The position numbers were made by a program, and so were the translations under genes. The notes beneath the pieces were generated by a model. That model made no database searches. It was not told the DNA's origin and saw nothing but the letters and a program-made list of their open reading frames with translations. This document shows, piece after piece, positions 21,737 to 35,411 of a DNA stretch of 64,000 nt. Each line of letters begins with the position of its first letter. Position 1 is the stretch's first letter. The stretch comes from Takakia lepidozioides (Eukaryota > Plantae > Bryophyta): contig CM060733.1 of NCBI GenBank assembly GCA_030704615.1, positions 48,484,001 to 48,548,000 of the forward strand, read 5' to 3'.

Positions 21737-24349
21737 TTCTATCTCTCTTTGGTAGGTGGGAAAGAGGTCTTTGCTTGTTTTTGGGCTTATGTGTTTAGAT
21801 AAGTATATAGGTTTGGATGGGTCTGGTGTTAATCTGTGTGGGTGCATCTTTATCTATGAACAACACATGTGTGTATGCGCAATGTGGGTCGTTAGGAGAG
21901 GGTTTACTTGGGGAAGAGAAGCATCTGCTTGGATAAACATTTTGTTCTTGAATGCTAGGATGTTAGTATGTGATCATACTTTGTAGACTAATTCCGAAAA
22001 GCATGTCATATGGAGGTGGCAGCATTTTTATGCAAATAGCTGATACAGTTAGAAGTTTGTTTAGGTGGTTGTCACGGGTAGAATGATTAACATTGTGGTT
22101 TCGAAATACATAAAGAGATAAAAACTCAATATTAACTAAATTCGGACTTTCAAGAAGTCTGGATTTAATGACATATGAAATGAATACAGAGCTAATACAA
22201 AGATAAATAATAAAATTTTATATATTTGAATATATTTATATTATATAATAACCATATTATTAAAAAAATATTATACCCATTTTTATATTCAAATTTTACG
22301 TTGTTCATATCAATGTTTTGTAGAAAAGGTTGTCATATATTTAATCTTTGAACACTTTGAGTAATGATATGATATTCCGTCAACACAATCATGAGAAGTA
22401 TCCCAAAATAGAACCAAATACAAAAAAATATGATTGAATCACAAAAGATTTTATATTTCATTCAAAAAATAAAGCCATGTTTGGTCCCTACACATTAATA
22501 TGTGTTGTACTACGTAATGATATACGTATGAATATCATCAGATCATCAAAATAGAAAGTATATTTCGACATGAACCATATCTATACTAGATTTTTTTTGT
22601 TTGTACTACAAGAGAATGTGCGGGTGTGGTGACCTAGATTCGTAATATGCTAATTCAGATCCTGTTTGTAATGACGATTCATTTGCAAGACGACTGCCAT
22701 GCGAAAATAGGCATAACTCTAGGTCGTCGTGGATTTTATAGTACCATGTTTCGATGTACACTTGCCAATGTGAAGACAGTTAAGAAGAATCTCAATATGA
22801 CTCTCATCCGAATTAACACTAACAACCACATTGCGCAGTAAAATTAAGATCCAGACTTGTGGGATTCTTATTTCCGCAATCGACCTTCTCATGTCCAATG
22901 ATGCTTCACAACTCCTTACGATTCTCTGAAGACAAAAAACACAAATGAGACATTTCTATGAGCAGTGATGTAAACACATTGCTTTGCTTAACACTGCTGC
23001 TTTCGAGTGCGTTCAAACATCGTGAGCTTAGCTGCAGGGACAAACATGTGCATTTTTTATTTTTTGTTTTTTTTAAGAGAACAAGGGACGGTGCCCTGGA
23101 AAATTTATTAAGATTATTTGAAGGGGAAAAAAGTAAAACCCCGGAGTACACCATCGAGGTACACACACTGTAGACAGTGATTGGGAGAACGGACCTCCAT
23201 TGGGAGAAAGAAAAACTAGGGTATGACACCCTAACCCGGTTACAACCTCCGGGGACAGACTGAGACAACGGGAGCCTAAGAGCTGGAGTAGGATTCGGCA
23301 AGGAGAGTAGAGCACTAACAAGCTATCGTGATAATGAGTACAAAGCAGCTGATCCTGATTTACTCTCGAGCATGTGCATTTAGTATCACAGTTGAGGTTG
23401 ACATGTGGATTTGGAAACCTCATTACTATACTAATTGCATGGTTTACTCTTTAGCTTTTGATCCATTCTTTTTTTCTCAATAGAAACAATGGACTGTACT
23501 TACAATCAATGTGCTCTCAATGTGCCACAATGTCATTGGCTTTGTTACATTGTATTGGCCTCTGATGAAAGATTATGCTCTACATCTCCGATTATAATGG
23601 TACCCAAATATGATCCTCATGCACAAGCGATTTTTTCCCATAAACCGTAATATCCCTCCTTATTAGAGTAGCCTTAATCTACATAATGCCCCAATTCACC
23701 CCATTCTCTTCTGTTGGAACCACCTCTTGAATTTTTTTGCAGAGCTCTTTGAGAGTAAACTCGTGATTGCACGCTTTGAAAGGGATACCAATAACTTCGG
23801 ACATTACTCTCTTTAACTTTCTAACATCTTCAAGACGTAACGCACTTGCAATAGCCTTTGATATATTCCCCTTCTCGAAGCATGGTTCGCACGTAAACTT
23901 CCATATCATCTACAGCAGACCACTCCATGTTTAATATTCAACTATTGGGGACACCAATCATCAAGTAATTTCGAAGAACCATGAAACCACGATTGAAAAA
24001 TAATTGAGGAATTAAAAAAAAACTAAAGTTTGAAAGAATTATCATGATCTCCGAAAAAAAAATGCGCGTACCAAGATAGTTAGGTTGAAGAAGGCAATGT
24101 TGACGAATAGAATGATCAACATATATCCCGAACCAAGACCAGTGCTGATGGTTCCGATCGTTGGAAGGCCGCACTCTCTGCACACAGTTCTCACGAACAT
24201 AGTCTACCACATCTTGAAGCTTCAATCATCTTGTGCATGAACAACGAAACTATCTTTGACCATACCTAAATTGTTGTAAATTTGATCCTTAGAGGCACTC
24301 TCTCCTATAGATAACACTTTGAAAGAAAGAGAGAAAAATCATACATCTT

Positions 24350-24750
24350 TGTGTTCCTCAGTGCTTCGGAAGGTTCATCGCCAACTAATAGAATCTGAGT
24401 CTATTTTGCAAAAGGCTTGACTGCAAATTTCATTAAAACTTTGTCAAGATCTATGACTATGTACTTTATTTCATGAATACACGATGTAGCCGGACGTAAC
24501 TCATGAACAGTGCTCAACTGACCAAATGGAACAAATGTCAAGATTGTTTCATGATCTTCGTTGGAACAAAAACCTCCAACAATCTGAAAAGAACATCTTT
24601 TTGGGCGCATGACCAAATAACAACATAAAAATTCGTCATCAACAACTTTAAAAAATCAATTACACCTAGACAAGGAATTACAAGCGGTGTATTTTGCGCT
24701 TGAAGTTTTACGAGTTGTTTGGGATATTTGGCTTTAAACAACTCCAATCA
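24350..24750 (-). pseudogene. Decayed FCP1/NIF-like HAD phosphatase domain remnant (partial paralogue at 44-205)
   Basis: GVIDFLKLLMTNFYVVIWSCAQK and LLVGDEPSEALRN resemble the NIF-domain motifs F.V.IWSS and LLIDD.P.K...N. Frameshifted. Confidence 0.4.
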
Positions 24751-26432
24751 CTTGGAGGAGGTCTGAAGCACAAAAGACCGTTGACGCTTAATATGATGAT
24801 CATTTGTTTCTTCTAGCCCGAGAGGATTTGGGGGATAAGCTCTTGGTGGTAGTCATCTACATGAAGACGAAAGGTCATTAGTAGTGTTATAAGAACAAAA
24901 CAAAAAATGAAAACAATAAAGCTTCTTTCGGACCCTGCATCAAAGTGCATCCAAACATGACATGTGCAACGCTGAATAGAATGAAACTTGTATTATTCAC
25001 CAAAACATAGGAAGAATATAATACAAAAGAAGAATAATGTGGATCAAATAAATACCCTCCCAGGCCGGCTTAAAGATAACTTAGTCTTTTTGGACCTTGT
25101 GAGTAAGGAGGATGACGGATTAGATTCCGGACCTCCATCTCTAGCGAAGGTTTTCAACTCCAATCTTCTTGAAATTTTATGTCCCTCATTTCCAGAAGTA
25201 CACATTTAGCCAGTTGAATTAAATGACTTTGATCTCGTTGATATGCAAACCGAATCCAAGAATCTTCGAGAAACTCCCTTAGAGAATATGCATGGTACTT
25301 TCTCGGAAAAAAGAGCTGTCCCAATGTGGATATGATGTGATCCCTCTTGAGACAACGAAATAGGCAAATGGATGCTTGGACATACTCAGCTCAACTGAAA
25401 CTCGCACAACATCTTGTGTCTAAAATCAACTTTTAGAACGTTACAATCTTTAACCAAAAACACAAAGAACAATTATATAGAATCACCTTGTATATGTCAC
25501 AATAGTTACCTTTGCTTCCCATACTCTCGGTATTGAGGAATCTATAAACTTGCATTACCTTACCATGTAATATGGATTCATCCATTCCAAAATGCTACAT
25601 TTTGGAATCTTTGTGATTTGTAATTCAAGTAATGCATCTCCACCAGACGAACAAGATTTGGGTGGAATACTCCCCATTACAAGTCGTCTTCGTGTGCAGT
25701 GATCCATTTTTTCCTGCCCCGGTGATTAAAAAAAAAACACAAAACAAAAATTCTGTAGGGGAATGTATGTAGTATGTTCAAGATAGAGAACCCTAATCAA
25801 GATGGAATGTTCACAAACATTCCTACAACAAGAGCAGGACCAAAACAATTTTTGCTTTCAAGTTCTGCTTCATATTGCATCCATTTTGATAAGATATCTC
25901 TAGAGCCAGTTACTAACAAAATCAAGTCAGAGGGGCCTAAACACCTTTTGGCTTAACAATTGTTGATGCAAGAGTCATGCGCACAGGCGAATTTGATCCA
26001 TTTAAAGGCCCACCAGGCCAGTTACATTTCCCAGACTTCCACTCAACTTGGTGTAGCACTCCAATTGTCCTCATTACATGTTCAAACCTTACACCAAAGG
26101 CTCTCTGCCTCTTGTCTCTCTCTTTTGTGTTTGTGTTCAGCCCACACTGGGCGCGAGGTCTACGGCCACAAGGCTACATCAAATGCATTATGAGTGCATT
26201 CTCTCTCTCTTGTTTGCTACAGCAAACAATGTCTTATGAGTACATTCTCTTTTGTGCGTGCATGCGCAATGTAACCATCAGCCTTCGGGAGACACCTCCA
26301 AAACAAGGTGTTACCACCTTAAATCTACATGAGATGAAATTCTAACAAATAGTGTGACATCCAAACTACATGGTGGTATAAAGGGACTTGAAAGCTTCAT
26401 AAAAATGAGTGGGTACTAGTCGACATCAAGAT

Positions 26433-29400
26433 CTAAGAGGGGCGCCGGCCATAGCCAAACCCTTCATCAAGAACAGTATCCACATCGATGAGGCGATCCC
26501 GCTCCAGTTCATCCCAATAGACTGCACTCCCAATCTCTATAATCCGTCGCTCCACATCTTCAAGGGGCTGCCCTGGTTTAAGTTCAAGCTGCCCTTTCTT
26601 GAGCACCGTCACCTTGAAGCCCTCTGCCTTTGCATCTTGATACAGGTCCTGCACCATGAGGTAGAGAAGTGAATCAAGTGAGTCCCGTATAACATCTAGC
26701 TAAAAGTTGCCTCGGATCGGTTGGTCATTTATCCTAAGGTTGTAAGCTGTGGTGGGACTTGTGATTCCAAGGGCAACATAATCTACACGACAGCAGTGAA
26801 AGGGAGATGAAAAGAGGAAGAAAAACTGCAGCAAACAAAGGATCTTTACCTTAGGATTAAAAGGGACGACCTGAAGACCATCCACAGGCATTTTGTCAGG
26901 CTGGGTTCGCAGAAGAGAACAGAAGTTGACAGCCTCCTTTCGGTCCTGGAAAGCCACTGTATGAAATTTTGTCTTCATTTTTCCTTCAATGATCCCTCCA
27001 AAGTCTGGAGTCATATCCAATGAGTAGAGCCCATCTTCTGCCTCTCCTTTTACTGTCGTGTGCAACCCAATACACTACATCCACCCAAAATTCAGCCTTG
27101 TTAATTGACCATTGCTATAAAGCTACCTGCGTAGCAAAAGACCAACACCATGATCGTGGAAAGAATGTACTCTATGGCCTTTTATGCTGCGCTTGGCTTT
27201 GATGTACTCTCAATTGTGTTGTGCTTGTGGGATAGTCACTATCTTGGAGCCATTTAAACCCACAAGGCCAAGACATTGTCCCCATGGTGCACTTGTGGTC
27301 AAACACAGGACCTGGCAATCCTCTACTGGGGTTTTTTGGTTTGAGCTAAGGCTGACATTGAGAGCTGAATCTACAGCCTGATCTTGAGTCCCATGGGTAG
27401 TACAGAGGTGATGTACACGATTGCCAGTGACCAGAGATATGAAGAGAAACAAAGATAACTCCACAGGAAGCTCAAAGAGCTTTTGGGACAAAGAAAAGGA
27501 AAGACAATAGAACAAAACAGTAGACCCCTAACAACCAGCAGCCATAACCATAGAGCTACAAGTCAACCTCAAATGATTTCCTAATTGTGTGGGTGTCAGG
27601 TACACACGGCACATGTGATCTTCATTTCTCTCAAGGAATGGCTGTCACTAAAAGAGCCCTGATTTCCTAGTAGAGGGACAACGAAAGAAGAAATGCTCCT
27701 CACTCTCACTCTCCATCCTCCCCTATTTATCACAACCAAGACATAGTTGTTTGGCTTGCTGCAGCCTGCCTCTGGCCCAGAGAGCGAGAGGGAGAGAGAG
27801 TTTGAGTGTGGTTCTCATTTGACACTTTTGTTGCATCCTTCCACAAGACTTACCAATATATATGGTAGATCTAGCCACCATAGCTCGTCTTGCTTGGTTG
27901 GTTTGTACTCTGCATACTTGTTAAGCATGGCCTTTTGTCCAAACGTCTCGCTTTCCTCCCGTATCTTTTTTTTAATCTTTTCGTAGTGTAGACGTGCATA
28001 CTCCTTCTCTCCTTCCACACCTTGTGACAACAGCCTCTCGGCCTCATTGATTTCATCCTGGGTAATCCATTTATCTAGGTTCCGGCCAACCTCTTTCATC
28101 AGAGCCCGTTGTGCAGGGTCCTTTTCCATGTCATATTTTCTTTGGAGGTCGTCTGCCCATTTCTTTGTGTGCTCCCAGGATGCCTCTTGATTGGCTTTCC
28201 TGTATCATGGACCAAGGGTCAGAAATGCAGCATTTCCCCAACAATCCACAGTTCCCTCTCCTTTCGGGCATTGCTGGGGATAAGAAGGCGTCGCACATCA
28301 AAAGGGGGATTTCAAAAGTGAAATCCCTTCCTCGCAATCCTAGAAAGAGCATACAGAAAACCCATAAGACTAGAGAAGTGAGACCCTGATGAAGCCAAAA
28401 CGATGATGAACTAAACCCATAACTGTGTGAACTTGAATCTCAGCACTGAGCAAAGACACTAAGAAAAGAAGTAGAACAGACCTGCCGCTGCTGGTTACAG
28501 TTGTCTTGGAACCACTGATCGAAGTGAACTCATTGGACCGACCTCTCTCCATACTGGGGCCCCTTTTTTTTCTGGAGGGCTGGGAGAGGGGAGGAGGGGA
28601 GGATTTAGAAGTAGAGGGAGCAGGAGGAGGGGAGGGAGATGGGGGAGGGGGAGAAGAAAGGCCAAGTTGCTCCTGTATTATGCGTTTTCGATCCATATCA
28701 AACTGAGACTTTATGTCTCCAGCCAAACCCTCCAACCCCTCTGTCCCCTTCCACTTTGCCATGTACATTTCAGGGGGGTCAAAGATTGAGATGCCATCTG
28801 TCAATATCACAGTGGTGATGGCTTAGAATGCCTACTCTTGAAATCTCTAAAACTCACTGTACGATTCAGTCCTGAAATTCTTAACTGTCAAGGTTGGAAA
28901 CAATGAACACACCTGCTTTCCAGAGGGATAAGAACCTATTGGTACAGTGAATACCAATGGTAACAGCAGATTGGTGACCCATATTACCATGAAACTGGCA
29001 GTCCAGTCAAACTGTTTTCAAACAGGGTCAAAATTTGCATCCCAGCAAACCATGTAACCCTCCATAAGAAAACCTGGCTTCCAAGAAATACCAACAGACA
29101 TAGAACAATAGACAGTGCAGCCTACCGCGCCCATAGTCAAGATTCTCCACCCGCTCTTGGATCCATGTTTTCACCAGCTCCCCCTCCCTCTCAAACTTAC
29201 GCTCCAGACCCTTGAAAAAAAGAATTTCTTCCTCAGAATTCAGGCCATCGAAGCTCTCTCGGCCTGCCTCCTCATTGTCACGCACTTTGAACACTATAGC
29301 TCGCAACACCTCATCTCGCATCCACTCCATTTCTTCCTGCTCCTCATTTATCAGCCTCCCTTGCTTTACTTCTGAGTTATTCCCTTGAGGGCCTTCCGTT

Positions 29401-32400
29401 TGTCTATGTTCAAAGTCCTTCTTTTCATCGCTCTCAGAGGCCTCCATTCGAGTTATCCCCTTTGTCTCCCCAGAACTAAGGGCCTCTGCATAGAAGTTAC
29501 TTGAAATCAAAGGATGAATGCAATACATGCACATTTATGGGGGCTACAGCAGTCATCTATCCAGGCAGACAAGATTAGCTAGCCTACTGATTTGATGCAG
29601 TGAGCAAAAACGATCTGATTTCTGATGGAAATTGAAACAGAGAGAGAATGTACTCATAAAATGTTGTTGGCTGTAGCCTTGTGGTCCATAGACCCCTCGA
29701 CCAGTTTGGGCAGAACAAAAGTGACCAGATACTACCTTTGTGAGGGGCCCAGTCCGGTAGTGTGACTTACATTGATAGAGACAATCAGTTCGGGTTTCCC
29801 AGATATCCTCTACAAAGCCCTTCACACAAGCATCAACTTGCTGGGTGTGTGCTGCCCAGCAATTAGACCCCAGCAGCGCCAGGGCTTTAGGCTCAGCCTC
29901 AAGATTTTGAAAGTTGGTGAACAGAGGTGCAGGGACAATGTTCTTGATCGCCCTGAAGAGGGTCACTCTCTGGGGAGAAGATCCTGGACAATGTATCAGA
30001 AAATGGGTATTGTCTTCACATTCGGGCATTTACAATCTCCTCTTCCTCTCTGCATCTTTCTATTTTCAAAGGTAAGTTTCCCACCGTGAGTTTAAATTTC
30101 AGTCTAGTGCCAAGGGTACGTAGGCCGTTTCCGTAAGGTTCTCGCCCATGTCACAGACTGGAAACAAGTTCAGGGAAGTTTTATGCCTAACTTCTTTAAT
30201 GAGAGAGAGAAAGAGGAATGGAGATTACCATCTGCCCCATATGCAGTAACCTGAGGTGGGGAAACATCTGCAATTGCTTCAGTGCTTTCCTTCTCCGCCA
30301 GTTCTGTCAAAGGCTGCGATTTGGCTCCAGAATCTGCCTTCAACACAGACTGGGCATCATTGGATCCAGTTGCTGGCTTCTCGTCTTGAGAGCTCACAAC
30401 CTCTTTCCTCAACCTGAAATATCCAGTGCTGGCCTTTGAGCCCCCTGTCCCTGAGGAAGGACCATCCAAGCCAACCCCCTCCTTAGCCTTTTTAGCTGCA
30501 ATTCTGGCACGGGCTTCTTCAGGGGATATGATGATGCGAGGCTTTACTCCATGTGGACTGAGAGAGGAAATGGGTGGATTTACTTTGCCGTCCACAGGGG
30601 GAATTACACGGCCATTGATAGGTGGCTTGGCCTTCCTATTGGGCACTGCGATTTCTGAGCCATTTGTAGTCAACTTTGCTGAATCTTTAGATGGTGGATT
30701 TGCTGCACCATTTATGGAAGACTTTTTCTCGCCAATTAGACTAGCCTGTCCACTTGTGGCAGGAATGGCCTCACTCTTCAGAGGTGGCTTTATCCTGCCA
30801 TTGATAGGAGCCTTGGCTTGACCGTCAATGGGTAACCCAGTGCTGTCTCCAGCAGTGCTTGAAATCTCATTGGTATGGGCCTTGTCTACTGCTTCTGCAA
30901 GTAGACCCTCCGTTCCCAGTAACCCCCCTGCACCAGCAGTGTTTGTGATTTAGCATAGAGATTCTGAAATTGGTCCCAGGTACAATTACTGGTAGAGCAT
31001 AGTGGGACAAGGTGATCTGAACGAGATGGAAGACTACCACATCCTCTGGCCAGAATAAGTCTAAATGATTGTCTTTGAAAGCACTCTTGGTGGTGTGTAC
31101 TTATAATAGACTGGGGCAAGGAACAGACTCAAAAGCTGTGAGGTACCCATCATGGTACATCAATACCACTGTCTGTGGCAGAGTGGATTGCACAATGTAT
31201 CCTCTAACACAGGCCCACATACATTTGAACTCAGACGGACCTACTGTGCGGCCACAGAGCCCCAACCGATGGGCTATCTGTTCAGGCATCTCTTAATTAT
31301 AGCATCTATTTTCAATATCAGGATGGAAGAAAACTAAGTGGGAGAGCTCTCACACCCTACCTTCTCTTGGGTCAAGAGGGACGCCATTCAGTCCTTCATT
31401 CCTGACACCAGCTAGGTCTGAATTAGACAATCCTGTAGCCATCCCTTCACCTGGATGATTGGCACCATAACGGCGAATGTCATCCAGTTGTCCAGCGAGT
31501 ACTTTGAGATTGTCAGAATGGAAGTCTGGACCCATGTCATCTGCCTTACCCTGGCGCCAACAAGTTTGAACAGAAACAACATGAGTGTGGTGATATTTCA
31601 TTCTCCTGCAATAAGAGGATGTACAATAATGTTCCTTGAAGTAGAAATCCAGTGTCATGTCCGTACCAGCAGCAAGTGCACAAAAAGCTGTATTTACTTT
31701 CTTTCTCGGGGTGCAACTATGACGGCCAGGGGGAGAGAAAGCTTAGAAGTCCTAGTAACTGCTCCAAGATAAGTGAAGTCAGTGTGAGATGTAGAACTGA
31801 ACACAGAAGCCTCATTGTAGTCAGATTGCACACTTTATCACCAGTAGCAATTGCAGGAAGATGTACTCTTATTGCTTTCTCAGAGAGTAAGTTGTAGAGA
31901 GAATGGCTGCACAGAGAACATAACTATCCAAGTTCAAAAGAGTTGGTCTTTCAATTTGGTATTACAGAAGACTCACAGGTAGCAGTTCCTTTAAGAGCAA
32001 ATCTTGCATCTCCATGTCCACACTTGGCTCTCTATCTGTAGTTTTTGGTGGCTTCTCATCTCTAATCTGACCAGGCATTGGCCGGTCAAGGTTTTTCTTG
32101 CCCAATCGCCCATTTGATGGTGCGATTCGTACAGGCCCAATGTCCGTGTTGGCGGAAAAAGCAAGTGCCTCGGCACTTTGTTGCTCGGCGAGGCGGGCTT
32201 CCCGGGCCATAGTCCGAATCTCCACTACTCTCTTCCTGAACTCATCATCATCAACCAAAGGTTTGGCTATCTCTCCTGCACAACCTCCAAACCATGTTCA
32301 ACTTTGCTGATCAAAACAAAACCCACTGGTGTCTATCCCAAGAGTAGGTGTAGATCACATATGCCACTACACTCAAATTCATGAGCATTTCATTATACAA

Positions 32401-34185
32401 AATCTTCATACTGAGTTTCTGCCATTTTTCAGAAGTAATGGGAAAACTGAGCCATGGTGTCGGCTAGGACTTGGCAGACAAAACTAATCAAAGCAGTCAG
32501 AAGCTTCAAGTTACATAAACCTCATGAAGTAGGACCTGAAAATTCTCCAGCACTTTGAAAAGAAAAAGAATGGAGAGTGGATGCTTCGACAATTTTCATA
32601 TACAAAATACCCTTGAGGCCATAGTGGCCACAGGTTACTGACCTTCCCAGACCTGGACATGAGGCATCGGTGTTAAAGGCTGCTATTGACCTCATACAAC
32701 AAAGTACAAATGGGTGATTCTAATATGGTCAATGGAGGGTCACCAACACCTTCAACATCTAAAAATTTTCCTGGACCTTCACAGAAGACAGGCAAAGAGG
32801 GCCATACCTGTCAGCTTGTGGTCTTCCTCCTCCAGAACCGGGTTTATCCCATTCTCTATCTCTTCCTTCATAGTCCTCATTCTGCTCAGCCGGAGCTCCC
32901 GGTCGTGCTCCTGTCTTGCCTCCGTCTTCTTCTTCTCGGACATAAAGATGCGGGCCCCCCATACAATGCAGATTGCATAGAACACCAAAAACCCTAAAAG
33001 AGAATATTTCGCTGCTGGTGGGGTATTGGAGACCACAGCACCCACCCGGCTATATACTGACCCAAGTGTCGTCTTCACTCCCATTCTCTGGTCATTCTCA
33101 TCCTTTCTTGAGTTGAAAATAGCACCGTAGATATTGTAAAGCGCCTCTTTTGGACCTATGACTGGCTCTCCCTCTCTCGCAAACTTGAAAATTGAGCTGG
33201 CTCGTGAAGGTCTAACGATCCCTACCTCTATCTCTCTCGCCAGCACCTTAGCCCGGGAACTTCTCTCAGCCACCAATGTGTTATTCTGTGTATCTACAGA
33301 TTGCGAGAAAAAGGGCTCGATGCCAGACCTTCGCAAAATCTCATCCTCGTCAATGGTAACTTTCACTGGTATACCTTCAGCATTCTCGTGTACTAAGAAA
33401 ATGGGATTGGTTCCCACCCCCCAGGATTCGATGTCCTCTTGATATAAAATATGCCATTGCTTCAAATCAGTCCAAGCTTTCTCTCCCTTCTCCTTAACCC
33501 TCGACAGTTTGGCGCCTGACTCTTTTGTGAAATCTCGAAAGCTAAACCCTAGTTTTCTACCCTGTGTTGTCGAACGGTCCATAAGGACAACCCCACCATC
33601 TCCTTGCTCAATGCGCTCATCTGACTCATTCTCATTCAGTGCCGAGATGTCACCCCTTTCTCTTTGTCTCCCTTCCTCAATTGCATCTCCATTTTCGATC
33701 CTTTGCTCGTCACTTTCTCTCTCATTCGTCCCCTCTACTAACGAAGAGCCTTTCGACGCACCTGTTGCGACAGAGACTTGCAATCCACGTCGGAGTTGAC
33801 CCCGCAACCCAGAGTGAGAAACTGATGGAAACAGAAGTCTGGAGCCCGCTACCCCCGAAGTTAAAGAGCTCAAACGCAACGGCGTTTTGAGCACACCTCT
33901 ACTTAAATAACCCACTCGTCCATCCCTTTGAAATCTTCCTCTCAATTCGCTTGTCTGCCCTATCTCTGTCGCCTTCAACCGCCCACGTACTCTTATCACC
34001 TTTAACCTCACTCCAAAATTCTGGGACGGAGCCCCATGACCTCGCCCGCCATATCCTGAGCTATCTTGCCCACACAGACTTCCAGTTTGAGAGCCCACTA
34101 CTCGAGAAATCCGGCATTGGTGAGAATGCTGGGCAGAACATGACGACAGATGGAAACCAGCCCCTACCAAGAAAGTGGTGGCCAT
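26433..34185 (-). CDS. EMB1703: EMBRYO DEFECTIVE 1703-like plastid protein, multi-exon
   Basis: Exons 34185-32808, ~32275-32000, ~31550-31361, 30894-30229, 29485-29126, 28797-28482, 28199-27854, 27074-26850, 26648-26433; middle boundaries are approximate. Conserved blocks IVFKVRDNEEAGRE, ENLDYG-DGISIFDPPE, WEHTKKW, LWWLDLPYILC, AKAEGFKVTVLKKGQL. Transit-peptide-like N-terminus and one transmembrane segment. Confidence 0.85.
29640..30195 (-). mobile_element. LINE 3' fragment in an EMB1703 intron, same family as 9893-11042
   Basis: CPECEDNTHFLIHCPG...LLGSNCWAAHTQQVDACVKGF; shares the 3' tail ...atgagtacattct. Confidence 0.8.
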
Positions 34186-34987
34186 GGTAGAGACTCGAGA
34201 CCCCAACACAATGAACGGGGAAGAACCCAAACTGAAACAGAGAGCTGCAGAATTACTCCTCAAGACCAGCCATTGAAAATTCCCTCTCCTACAAAAATGT
34301 CACAACTGCTCTCCAGACTCTAGACTACAACCCAATCTCATCTCCCCCGAGAAAACTCACCCTGCCAACTGCAAATCCATGCCGAAGCTGAAACCTCCAC
34401 GTTGCAAAAACGTACTGTGATGCTACATGGGTTTTCTCTCTGCTTAGATGGATGAAAGCAAACACTTTCTAACAAAATTCTCACATCCCTCACGATGTTT
34501 TATGAAGACAGTCTGCAAAAATCTGAGCCTCAGCTGTGAGTCTGTCACCGCAGATTGTCACAGGCACCAATCTCATCTCTTGCAAGCAGAGGATAAGCCC
34601 AAAGCTTGTCATCTCAACCGTCCATCACTGTTCCCACTGCAGTCTACTCATCAAACCATCACATCTTCGTGGACGGAAGTCTGGATCACCGATCCGCACA
34701 CACACACTCGACACGAAACCCAAGCGAAGCTGCCGTCCCGTCCCGTCCCGTTCTTCCAGTCCGTGTCCAAACGTCCAAACGTGTGGGGACGGACGGCAGC
34801 GTCAGTCAGGGTTGCACGTTCATGTTTGCTGCACCCCTGGTTTAGCCGGGTATTGCCATAAACCCTAGAAAGTACCTTTTCCTTCTCTTGAAACTTTATC
34901 TTTATCTTTATCTTGTCTTTAGAGTGAACGATAGTATTTTTCTGAAGTATCGACATTCTAGCGATGACGAAGGTCGGAGACTAGTTT

Positions 34988-35411
34988 AGGAATAGGGTGC
35001 CATATACTACCACGTCATCTTCACCACGTCATCGTCGCCACGTTTCATAGCCACGTTTGGACCTGGGCATAGTTCCCTTGTGGATGAGCAGGAATAGGGT
35101 GCCATATGGCCATGTCATCATCACCACGTCATCGTCGCCACGTTTGGACGTTTGGACCTGGGCACATGTCAGCTTGAGGAGAAAGAGAATGAGCAGGAAT
35201 AGGGTGCCATATGGCCACGTCATCGTCGCCACGTTTGGGCCTGGGCATATTTCAGCTTGAGGAGAAAGAGAATGAGCAGGAATAGGGTGCCATATGGCCA
35301 CGTCATCGTCGCCACGTTTGGGCCTGGGCATATTTCAGCTTGAGGAGAAAGAGAGATGCAGTGTCGGCAGTTTAGCGTAGCCATGTCATCGCCACGTTTG
35401 GACGTTTGGAC
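34988..35411. repeat. 83-bp minisatellite (~5 degenerate units), continuing at 37283-37325
   Basis: Unit gaggagaaagagaatgagcaggaatagggtgccatatggccacgtcatcgtcgccacgtttgg(a/g)cctgggcatatttcagctt starts at 35176, 35259 and 35342. Confidence 0.9.

Noticed and set aside
27292-28788. Apparent TSD-less 1.5-kb insertion with short terminal direct repeats (TTTGACC), initially suggesting a Replitron or Helitron
   Set aside because: It contains native in-frame EMB1703 exons. The 'empty site' at 9632 is a deletion in the pseudogene copy.
34988-35411. CRISPR-like array
   Set aside because: Plain tandem repeat with no unique spacers and no cas genes, in a eukaryotic context.
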